Assembly: GCA_963727005.1 (NCBI GenBank)
Contig: CAVSEO010000005.1
Location: forward strand, 412,923 to 476,922
From: an uncultured Chloroflexia bacterium
Lineage (GTDB): Bacteria > Chloroflexota > Limnocylindria > Limnocylindrales > CSP1-4
Reading direction: 5' to 3'
Length of the DNA stretch: 64,000 nt
This document shows positions 19,419-30,779 of this stretch, piece after piece (positions within the stretch are counted from its first letter, which is position 1; each line of letters begins with the position of its first letter). The translations under genes were made by a program, and so were the position numbers. Below the pieces are notes generated by a model. The model did no database searches, was not told where the DNA came from, and saw nothing but the letters and a program-made list of their open reading frames with translations.

Positions 19419-20744
19419 GTGGTGAGCACTTGGAACGACCCGCCGGGCGGGTTCCACCCGGTCAGTGCGCCGGACTACCTGCCCCGGCCCCAGCTGGCGG
19501 CGGTGCAGCTCCAGCGACTGCAGTCCGTGGTGACCCGCGCCTACGACCGCGTGGCGCTCTACCGGTCGCGAATGGACGAGCGCGGTCTCAAGCCGGCCGC
19601 CTTCACCTCGCTCTCGGAGATCGCCAGGCTGCCGTTCACCGTCAAGACGGACCTGCGAGACACGTATCCGTTCGGGTTGTTCGCCAGCCCCATGGAGGAA
19701 ATCGTCCGCCTCCACGCCTCGTCCGGCACGACCGGCAAGCCGATCGTGGTGGCCTACACCCAGGCCGACCTGGACGTGTGGAGCGAGGTGATGGTCCGCG
19801 CCTTCGCGGCCTGCGGCGTTCACCGCGGCGACGTGGTCCAGAACGCCTACGGCTACGGCCTCTTCACGGGCGGCCTCGGCGCCCACTACGGGGCCGAGAC
19901 CCTGGGCGCCACCGTCATCCCGATCAGCGGCGGCAACACGGAACGCCAGCTGATGGTCATGCAGGACTTCGGCGTCACCGCGCTGTGCTGCACGCCCAGC
20001 TACTTCCTCCATCTCCTGGAGTCCGCCAAGGAGATGAAGATCGACTTCTCGCGGTTGCGGGTCGGGGTCTTCGGGGCGGAGCCCTGGAGCGACTCGATGC
20101 GCGAGCGAATCGAGCGGGAGAGCGGCATCAAGGCTCACGACATATACGGCCTCTCGGAGATCATCGGCCCCGGCGTGGGCGTCGAGTGCGCCGAGCAGCA
20201 CGGCCTGCACATCTTCGAGGACCACTTCTACCCGGAGATCATCGATCCCGAGAGCGGAGAGGTCCTGCCCGACGGCAGCGAGGGTGAGCTGGTCCTCACG
20301 ACCCTGTCCAAGGAAGCGATGCCGATGATCCGGTATCGCACCCGCGACGTGACGGCGATCATCCCCGAGCCGTGCCCCTGCGGCCGAACCCTGCGCCGGA
20401 TCCGCCGCATCGGCCGCCGGTCCGACGACATGTTCATCATCCGCGGCGTGAACGTCTTCCCGTCCCAGATCGAGACGGCCCTGCTGAGGGTCGAGGGCAC
20501 GCTCCCGCACTACCAGATCGTGCTCACCCGAGAGGTCGGCCTCGACCAGGTGGAGGTCAAGGTCGAGGTAACGCCCGAAGTCTTCTCCGACGAGATCCGC
20601 AAGCTGGAGGCGTTGCAGCACCAGCTCGAAGCCTCGATCGAGAACATCCTCGGCCTGCGCGTGAAGGTGACCCTGGTCGAGCCCAGGACTCTGGCCCGCA
20701 GCGAAGGCAAGGCCCGGCGGGTAACCGATCTCCGCAACGTCTGA
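19419..20744 (+). CDS. paaK: Phenylacetate--CoA ligase family protein (start approximate)
   Basis: [41 protein letters not shown] and [21 protein letters not shown] motifs. Confidence 0.93.
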   Translation: MVSTWNDPPGGFHPVSAPDYLPRPQLAAVQLQRLQSVVTRAYDRVALYRSRMDERGLKPAAFTSLSEIARLPFTVKTDLRDTYPFGLFASPMEEIVRLHASSGTTGKPIVVAYTQADLDVWSEVMVRAFAACGVHRGDVVQNAYGYGLFTGGLGAHYGAETLGATVIPISGGNTERQLMVMQDFGVTALCCTPSYFLHLLESAKEMKIDFSRLRVGVFGAEPWSDSMRERIERESGIKAHDIYGLSEIIGPGVGVECAEQHGLHIFEDHFYPEIIDPESGEVLPDGSEGELVLTTLSKEAMPMIRYRTRDVTAIIPEPCPCGRTLRRIRRIGRRSDDMFIIRGVNVFPSQIETALLRVEGTLPHYQIVLTREVGLDQVEVKVEVTPEVFSDEIRKLEALQHQLEASIENILGLRVKVTLVEPRTLARSEGKARRVTDLRNV

Positions 20745-20796
20745 CGAATCCACGGTCGTAGCGGCGAGGGTCCGCCCTCGCCGAGGAGGCCACCGA

Positions 20797-21231
20797 ATGA
20801 AGCTCCAGCAGTTGTCGCTCTTCGTCGAGAACAAACCGGGGTCGCTGCGCGCGCCGTGCGAAGCCCTGGCCGCGGCCGATATCGATCTACTGACGATGTC
20901 GCTCGCGGACACGAGCAGCTTCGGCATCTTGCGGTTCATCGTCCGCGAACCCGAACGCGCCAGGCGAGTGCTCGAAGAGGCGGGCATGGTGGCCCGGGTC
21001 AGCGAAGTCGTGCCGGTCGAAGTCGAGAACAAGCCGGGAGGCCTGGCCGCGGTCCTGGCCGCGATCGAGGCGGCCGGGCTCGCCGTCGAGTACATGTACG
21101 ACTTCGGGGCGGCGTCCCACGGCGGCAACGCGGCGATCATCTTCCGCTTCGAGGATCCCGACGCGGCTCTGGCAGCCCTGCAGGCGGCCGGAGTCCGGGT
21201 GCTCACGAGCGAGGAGGTCCTGGGAGGGTAG
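20797..21231 (+). CDS. Tandem ACT-domain protein
   Basis: QLSLFVENKPG, LADTSSFGILR and second ENKPGGLA...VEYMY repeat, typical of the ACT protein that accompanies paaK. Confidence 0.88.
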   Translation: MKLQQLSLFVENKPGSLRAPCEALAAADIDLLTMSLADTSSFGILRFIVREPERARRVLEEAGMVARVSEVVPVEVENKPGGLAAVLAAIEAAGLAVEYMYDFGAASHGGNAAIIFRFEDPDAALAALQAAGVRVLTSEEVLGG

Positions 21232-21260
21232 CGCCGCCGGGGGCCATCGCCTCGGTGCGG

Positions 21261-21562
21261 CTAGTCCCGGCCCCTCAGCAGCGAAACCTTGAAGCCGCGC
21301 AGCTCGCCCGTCGCATAGCCGCTGGCGATGGCGGGGTCGTCCGCCATGATGCGCCGCGCCGCCGGTCTCGTCCGGCGCTTCGATAACGGCGATGCCCCGT
21401 GTTGACGCGCCCCAGCGTCGGGCCGGCCATGACCAGCGTTCCCTCCGCCAGAAGCCGTTTGAGACGCTCGAAGTGGAGCTGCCAGACGCGTTCCTCGTCG
21501 GGCGTCATGGTCGCCGCGAAGTCCTCGCGCGGCGTGTGAAGGAAGTAGATCCACTCGGCCAT
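21261..21562 (-). CDS. YciI-related protein, frameshifted near 21390
   Basis: MAEWIYFL...HFERLKRLL..G.LVMAGP in one frame joins ...MADDPAIASG...ELRGFKV in another. Confidence 0.7.
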
Positions 21563-21780
21563 TTGGACCCCTTGCTTCTTCACTGATCTTGCGCTCAGTA
21601 TGGGCACTCCGAGGACGGCCCGGTTCGCCGTCGCCGATAACGGCAGACGAGGGCTGCCGCGTGGCCACCCGCCGACGGTCGTCTCGCAACCGCCAAACCC
21701 CGAGCTGCGCCGACGGGTACAATTCATCTCGGACCACTTCGCGGCGCGGTGGACCGCAGTTCTGCAGGAAGGCGGGGACG

Positions 21781-22754
21781 ATGCGGTATCGGACGTTCGG
21801 TCGCACCGGCTGGCGGGTCGGCGAAGTCGGCTACGGAATGTGGGGCATGGGCGGATGGACCGGATCGGACGACGTCCAGTCGCGCGCTTCGCTCGAAGCG
21901 GCCGTCGCACGAGGCGTCAACTTCCTCGACACGGCCCAGGCCTACGGTGACGGTCACAGCGAGCTCCTGCTCGGCCGGCTCATGGCTGCCCTGCCGGACA
22001 AGCGCCTGTACGCCGCGACCAAGGTTCCGCCCAAGAACGGCCAGTGGCCGAGCCGGCGCGGCGTGCCGCTGGCGGAGGTCTTCCCGCGCGACTACCTGCG
22101 GCGCTATGTCGACATCAGCCGCGGGAATCTCGGGATGGAGACGATAAGCCTGCTCCAGCTCCACGTCTGGGAGGACGATTGGCTGGCTGACGGCGACCTG
22201 CAGCGCACGGTGGCCGAGCTCAAGAAGGAAGGCTCGATCCGGGCGTTCGGGCATCAGCCTGAACCGCTGGGAGCCGTGGAACGGCGTCAAGGCCGTGGAG
22301 TCGGGCCTGGTCGATGCCGTCCAGGTCATCTACAACATCTTCGATCAGGCCCCCGAAGACGAGCTGTTCCCGACCTGCCGAGCCAACGGCGTCGGAGTCA
22401 TCGCCCGCGTGCCCTTCGACGAGGGAAGCCTGACCGGGACGTCTCACTCTGGAATCGAAGTGGCCGGCGGAAGACTGGCGCAGCACTTACTTCGTCTCGG
22501 AGAACCTGATCTCGTCGGTTGCCCGCGCCGATGCCCTGAAGCCGCTCGTACCGCCCGGCATGACCATGGCCGAGATGGCCCTGCGGTTCATCCTTTCGAA
22601 CCCGGACGTGGGCACGGTCATTCCCGGTATGCGCAAGACGGAGAACGTGGAGGCGAACACCGCGGTCAGCGACGCCGGTCCGCTACCCCCCGAGCTCCTT
22701 GCCGAGCTGCGCAAGCATCGCTGGGACCGCCGGCCGACGAGCTGGAGCCAGTAG
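21781..22754 (+). CDS. Aldo/keto reductase, frameshifted
   Basis: [44 protein letters not shown] and VIPGMRK motifs. Confidence 0.9.
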
Positions 22755-22799
22755 GCAGCTACGCTGCCAGCCACGCAGGACGCGTCCGGCGTCACCAGG

Positions 22800-25614
<2,815 letters not shown>

Positions 25615-25700
25615 GGTCGCTCCTTCGAACTCTGGCTCGCCGGCCGAAGCCAGGCTCGCCTGACCCTGGCGGGGGTGCGCCTCTGCCGCCAGGGACACGC

Positions 25701-25812
25701 TACACTCGGTCTGGCGGTCGCCGTCGGGCCGCGCCTGAGCGCAACCCCAGTGCGGCCGGCCGCCACGGTGCAGGTTACGGCCGAAGGATACCGCCAGTGC
25801 GGTAAGGGGAGG
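25701..25812 (+). ncRNA. Candidate structured 5' leader (riboswitch-like) upstream of the DUF2520 gene
   Basis: -10 TACACT (25701-06); 8-bp closing helix CTGGCGGT/ACCGCCAG; GC-AA-CC/GG-T-GC internal loop as in SAM-I-clan P3; competing hairpin TACCGC/GCGGTA before the SD. Confidence 0.4.
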
Positions 25813-26857
25813 ATGTCGCGTGAAGCCATGGCGCGACGATGCACGGCGCGGTCCGGGCGGCCTCGATACGCCCGACGGGCCGGAGAGGGCCACGTCCACC
25901 CGGATCGAGCGGATGGGCGTCACCGCCACGGCGACGAGATCCATGCCCACCTGGAGCCGCACCCGCAATCCACGGTGCCGCGGGAGCGCCGAGCGTCGGG
26001 ATCGTCGGCGCCGGCCCCGTCGGCACCGCCCTGGGTGTCGCAATCAGCCGGGCAGGCTGGCCGGTGACGGCCGTCGCGAGCCGGGACGCAGGCAGGCGCG
26101 AGCGATTCCGCGAGCCTCGTGCCGGCGGCCCGGGCCTTCGTCGGAGCCGGCCGCCGTCCTGGACGAGGTCGAGCTCGCGATCCTGGCCGTCCCCGACGAC
26201 GCGATCTCTTCGGTCGATCGAGCCGCTGCGGCTGTACAGCGGCCAGACGCTCGTCCACACCAGCGGCCTGCTCGGGGCCGAAGTGCTGAACCGGCCCGCG
26301 CCGCCGGCAGCCAGATCGGGGCATTCCACCCGCTCGTCTCGTTCACGTCGGACGTGGAGCGATCGGTCGCGGCGATCCAGGGCGCGACTATCGCCCTCGA
26401 AGGCGACGATCGCCTGATGAGCCTGCTGGCGGACCTGGCCGAGGCGATCGGCGGGGTGCCGGTTCGCCTGCCGCGCGGGCTCCAAGGCCGCCTACCACGC
26501 CGCCGCGGTCCTGGCTTCGGGCGGACTGGTCGCCCTGCTGGACGCCATTGCGACTCTCGGCGCAACGGCCGGCCTGGACGAGCCGGGTGCCCTGGCCGTC
26601 TACGGCCGGCTCATCGAGCAGACCCTCGCCAACGCCCGCGGCCATCGGCGTGGCCGCATCGCTGACCGGGCCCGATCACTCGCGGCGACGCCGGCACCCT
26701 CGAGGCCCATCTCGCGACCCTCGCCCGGCTGGCGCCGGACGTGCTGGACCTCTACCTGGCGGCGGCGCGGCGGGAGGTCAGGATCGCCGAAGAGCGTGGC
26801 GCCCTGTCACCGGAGCAACTGGATCGTGTCAGGCGCGCGCTTGCAAAGGTCGGCTGA
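25813..26857 (+). CDS. Rossmann-like + DUF2520 domain oxidoreductase (PanG-like), frameshifted, with His-rich N-terminal extension
   Basis: VGIVGAGPVGTALG, ILAVPDDAI, VHTSG, HPLVSF and YHAAAV(LAS) segments recoverable across frames; start between 25813 and 25828. Confidence 0.85.
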
Positions 26858-26868
26858 CCGGGTACGAT
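26841..26868 (+). promoter_or_regulatory. sigma70 promoter TTGCAA-N16-TACGAT
   Basis: -35 at 26841-46, -10 at 26863-68; predicted +1 falls on or next to ATG 26876. Confidence 0.6.
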
Positions 26869-26875
26869 TGACCGC

Positions 26876-27190
26876 ATGCAGCACAGCATCGCGGCGAGGT
26901 ACGTGGCCTGGCCTGCTGCCCGCTTTGCCGGCACCGGCGGCCGAGAGGGTGAACGGCGGCTCGGGCTTCATTCCAGCCTAACGTTCCAGCGGGCGGCCAC
27001 GAACCGGACGATTCTGCGCCCATATCACCGGGGCTCGCGGGCAACCGGCTGGCGCCCTGCGACCACGACTCCCGGCAGCGTGTCTCGAAGCGGCCTCGTT
27101 CGGGCCGCCGTCACGATCCACTGGACGGGCGTCGGGCGGCCGCAGGCCGACCGGCGGTCGAGCCTGGCGCCGGCCCCGTGGCGAGGCTGA
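26876..27190 (+). CDS. Orphan Arg-rich hypothetical protein (104 aa), probably leaderless
   Basis: Fills the gap between promoter and NUDIX gene; mostly G/C third codon positions; stop overlaps the NUDIX start by 13 nt. Confidence 0.5.
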   Translation: MQHSIAARYVAWPAARFAGTGGREGERRLGLHSSLTFQRAATNRTILRPYHRGSRATGWRPATTTPGSVSRSGLVRAAVTIHWTGVGRPQADRRSSLAPAPWRG

Positions 27191-27618
27191 CCAACGCCAC
27201 CGCGACTTCTGCCGGCGGGATCGTCGTTCGATACCAGGACACGGTCCCGCAGCTCGTTGTCGGCCGCCGGAAGCGGGACAGGGACGGCCAGACGTGGACC
27301 CTGCCGAAGGGCACTCCAATTCCCGGTGAGAGCCTCGAGGAAACCGCCCTGCGGGAGGTCTGCGAGGAGACCGGGCTGACCGTTCGGATCGTGTCGCCCC
27401 TGGACTCCATCAGGTACACGTTCGTCCAGCGAGGCACGCGGATCCACAAGACGGTCCATTACTTCATGATGGAACCAACGGGCGGTGGGCTGGAGAATCA
27501 CGACCACGAGTTCGAGGAAGTCCGCTGGATCGCCTTCGACGAGGCGCCGGGTCTTCTATCCTTCGATACGGAACGATCGCTCGTGGGACTGGCCGCCAGC
27601 CGGCTCCCGGCTACCTGA
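27178..27618 (+). CDS. NUDIX hydrolase (Ap4A hydrolase/MutT-like)
   Basis: SAGGIV, WTLPKG and Nudix box GESLEETALREVCEETG. Confidence 0.92.
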   Translation: MARLTNATATSAGGIVVRYQDTVPQLVVGRRKRDRDGQTWTLPKGTPIPGESLEETALREVCEETGLTVRIVSPLDSIRYTFVQRGTRIHKTVHYFMMEPTGGGLENHDHEFEEVRWIAFDEAPGLLSFDTERSLVGLAASRLPAT

Positions 27619-27693
27619 CCGGCACGTCCCTCCAGACACGCCCGGCCACAACCGTGGCCGGCGCATAACCACCACGACCGGAGGTCCATTCCG

Positions 27694-28806
27694 ATGGCCC
27701 GAACTCAAGAGGCGCCGCTCGCTACGGCGCTGGCCGGCCGACACGAGGCCCTCGGAGCTCGGATCGTGGAGTTCGGCGGCTGGCTCATGCCCCTCCAGTA
27801 CAGCGGCATCCTCGAAGAGCACCGGGCGGTGCGGGCGAGAGCCGGCCTGTTCGACCTCTCGCACATGGGCGAGCTGTTCGTGGAGGGTCCGGAAGCGGCC
27901 GCCTCGCTCGGGTATGCCCTGACGACCGAGCCGGCGAGCCTGAAGGTCGGGCGGGCCCACTACTCGATGATCTGCTTCCCCGAAGGCGGGGTCCTCGATG
28001 ACCTGATCGTCTACCGGCTTGCCGACGAGAGGTTCATGGTCGTGGCCAATGCCTCCAACGCGGGGGCCGTAAGCGATGCCCTGGCCGAGCGGCTGACCGG
28101 CTTCGGCGTGGTGCTGGACGACCGCTCGCTGGCCATGGCGCTCATCGCGGTCCAGGGTCCGCGAGCCGCCGCGATCCTGGCGCCGCTGACCAATGTCGTG
28201 CCCGACAGCCTGCACTACTACGGCATCGCCGAGGGCCAGGTCGCCGGCGTTGCCGCGATGGTGGCCCGGACCGGATACACGGGCGAGGATGGGTTCGAGG
28301 TCTTCGTCGACGTGGCCGGTGCCGGCCGGGTATGGGACGTGCTCATGGAGACGGGCGAGGCCGCCGGGCTCGTGCCGGTCGGGCTCGGAGCCAGGGATAC
28401 CCTGCGTCTGGAAGCCGGGATGCCCCTGTACGGCAACGAGCTTGGGCCGGACATGACCCCCTTCGAAGCCGGCCTTGGACGAGTCGTCCATCTGGAAAAG
28501 GTCGAAGACTTCGTCGGCAAGGAAGCATTGGCGAAGGCCGCCGCGGACGGTCCGAACCAGATGCTCGTCGGGCTGATCGTCAGAGGTCGAGGGATCGCCC
28601 GCCACGGCTACGAGGTCTTCGCCGGCGACCGTCGCGTCGGAGTGGTAACGAGTGGAACCCTCTCGCCCACGCTCGGTGAGCCGATCGCGATGGCCTACGT
28701 CGCGCCCTCCGAGGCCGGGGCCGGTACGATATTGGACGTCGCGATACGCGAGCAGCGAGTTCCGGCCGAAGTCGTGCCACTGCCCTTCTACCGGCGGCCG
28801 GTCTAG
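27694..28806 (+). CDS. gcvT: Glycine cleavage T protein
   Basis: FGGWLMPLQY, GLFDLSHMGE, ARTGYTGEDGFE and GLGARDTLRLEAG motifs. Confidence 0.97.
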   Translation: MARTQEAPLATALAGRHEALGARIVEFGGWLMPLQYSGILEEHRAVRARAGLFDLSHMGELFVEGPEAAASLGYALTTEPASLKVGRAHYSMICFPEGGVLDDLIVYRLADERFMVVANASNAGAVSDALAERLTGFGVVLDDRSLAMALIAVQGPRAAAILAPLTNVVPDSLHYYGIAEGQVAGVAAMVARTGYTGEDGFEVFVDVAGAGRVWDVLMETGEAAGLVPVGLGARDTLRLEAGMPLYGNELGPDMTPFEAGLGRVVHLEKVEDFVGKEALAKAAADGPNQMLVGLIVRGRGIARHGYEVFAGDRRVGVVTSGTLSPTLGEPIAMAYVAPSEAGAGTILDVAIREQRVPAEVVPLPFYRRPV

Positions 28807-28887
28807 GCGATCGTTCAACGCAACTCGACCTGCGGACCCGGGCAGGGACGACTGGGCAGGTGACCGGCGTAGGAGGAGTCATAGGCA

Positions 28888-29268
28888 ATGGTGCCGCAGG
28901 ATCTGCGCTATACGAAAGAGCACGAGTGGATCCGCGTGGAAGGCGACCTGGCAACGGTGGGGATCACCGACTATGCGGCCCATCAGCTTGGGGACATCGT
29001 TTTCGTCGAACTGCCGGAAGTCGGCCGGAAAGTGGACCAGTTCTCGCCCGTCGGCGTGATCGAGTCCGTCAAGGCGGTGAGCGATCTGTTCGCGCCCGTC
29101 GGCGGCGAGGTCGTGGAAACCAACGCCGAGCTGAGCACTCGGCCGGAACTGTTGAACAGTGAGCCCTTCGGGGCCGGCTGGATGGTGCGCATTCACCTCT
29201 CCGACAGCGGCCAGCTCGGCAAACTCCTGAGCCCGGCCGCATACGATGAGCTGACTCAAGAGGCCTGA
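28888..29268 (+). CDS. gcvH: Glycine cleavage H protein
   Basis: GITDYAAHQLGDIVFVELP and lipoyl-Lys motif ESVKAVSD. Confidence 0.97.
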   Translation: MVPQDLRYTKEHEWIRVEGDLATVGITDYAAHQLGDIVFVELPEVGRKVDQFSPVGVIESVKAVSDLFAPVGGEVVETNAELSTRPELLNSEPFGAGWMVRIHLSDSGQLGKLLSPAAYDELTQEA

Positions 29269-29336
29269 CCTTCGTCCCGCGAAGCCTCGTGCCCCGAAGA
29301 CGCCCCAGCTGACGAACCCGGAAGGGAGTCGAGTCG

Positions 29337-30779
29337 ATGGCCTATGGACCGCACACGGACCAGGATCGCGCGACGATGCTCGCCGCGATCGGTGTCGCGT
29401 CCGTAGACGAGCTCTTCTCCGACATCCCGTCTTCTCTTCGGGCCTCGGGCCTGGGCCTGCCGGAACCGGAGTCGGAAGTCGAGCTGTCGGACCGGCTGCG
29501 CGGGCTGGCCGATCGCAACCGGGTCGATCTCGTCAGCTTCCTCGGTGCCGGCGCCTACCGTCACTTCGTTCCCGCGGTCGTGGACCAGTTGCTGCTCCGA
29601 GGCGAGTTCTACACGGCATATACGCCGTACCAGCCCGAGATCAGCCAGGGCACTCTCCAGACGATCTACGAGTACCAATCGCTCATGGCGGAGCTGACCG
29701 GCCTCGACGTCGTTTCCGCATCCCACTACGACGGCGCGACGGCCACGGCCGAAGGCGCCTTGATGGCCTGCCGGGCGACGCATCGCCAGCGGATTCTGAT
29801 CAGTCGCGGGGTGCACCCGCACTATCGCCAGACCCTGTGCACGTACTTCGGAGGAGCATCGCTCGTGGCCGACGAGATTCCTCTCGTCGCCGACGGTCCG
29901 GCCGCGGGCACGACCGATCTCGAGGCCCTCGAGCGGATGCTGGCCGACGCGGAGAACCCGGTCGCGGGAGTGGTCGCCGCGAACCCGAGTTTCCTAGGCC
30001 TGCTGGAGCCGATGGCCGAGATGGCCGGCCTGGCCCATGCCGCGGGCGCGCTCTTCGTATCCGTGGTGGAGCCGGTCTCGCTGGCGGTGATCGCGCCGCC
30101 TGGTGAGTACGGCGCCGATATCGCCGCGGGAGACGGGCAGCCGCTCGGCATTCCACTGGCATTCGGCGGCCCCTATCTGGGTATCCTGGCCTGCCGGGAG
30201 GCTCTGGTCCGCCAGATCCCCGGACGGCTCGTCGGCATGACCTCCGACGTCGACGGCCGGCGCGCCTTCGTGATGACACTCCGCGCTCGTGAGCAGGACA
30301 TCCGCCGCGAGAAGGCGTCGAGCAACATCTGCACCAACCAGGCTCTGTGCGCGCTGGCCGCGGCGATCTACCTGGCGGCGATCGGGCCTCACGGACTGCG
30401 AGACGTGGCCGCGCTTGGGGCCGCCCGCGCCGAGGAGCTGGAACGAGCTCTGGCCGCGGCGGGTGCGCCGCGCATCCATCCCGGGCCGTACCTCAACGAG
30501 TTCGCGGTCAGAGTCCCGAATGCCGCGGAGATCCATCGACGCCTCATGGACCGGGGCGTTCTGGCCGGGCTCGTGCTGGCCGCGATCGAGCCTGCCGACC
30601 CTGCTCTGGTCGACGCCCTTCTGGTTTGCGCCACGGAAGTCACCAAGCCTGCCGAGATCGTCCTCTTCGGCCGGGCGCTGGAGGAGGAGATCTCGCGGGA
30701 ACGCGGGTTGCGCCCGGCGGGCATGGGCGCGCCCGGGCCGGCCGATTCGTCCGGCACGGCCGGGGAGGCCGCCCGATGA
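29337..30779 (+). CDS. gcvPA: Glycine dehydrogenase subunit 1
   Basis: FYTAYTPYQPEISQG, SHYDGATA and REKASSNICTNQAL motifs. Confidence 0.96.
   Translation: MAYGPHTDQDRATMLAAIGVASVDELFSDIPSSLRASGLGLPEPESEVELSDRLRGLADRNRVDLVSFLGAGAYRHFVPAVVDQLLLRGEFYTAYTPYQPEISQGTLQTIYEYQSLMAELTGLDVVSASHYDGATATAEGALMACRATHRQRILISRGVHPHYRQTLCTYFGGASLVADEIPLVADGPAAGTTDLEALERMLADAENPVAGVVAANPSFLGLLEPMAEMAGLAHAAGALFVSVVEPVSLAVIAPPGEYGADIAAGDGQPLGIPLAFGGPYLGILACREALVRQIPGRLVGMTSDVDGRRAFVMTLRAREQDIRREKASSNICTNQALCALAAAIYLAAIGPHGLRDVAALGAARAEELERALAAAGAPRIHPGPYLNEFAVRVPNAAEIHRRLMDRGVLAGLVLAAIEPADPALVDALLVCATEVTKPAEIVLFGRALEEEISRERGLRPAGMGAPGPADSSGTAGEAAR

Noticed and set aside
25640-25662. SAH riboswitch suggested by GCCAGGCTCG
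   Set aside because: The upstream GAGGAGCGCTGC element and pseudoknot partner are absent on that strand.
27619-27693. Glycine riboswitch upstream of gcvT
   Set aside because: The gap is only 75 nt and lacks the GGAGA...GAAG...CAGG...CTCTCAGG signature.
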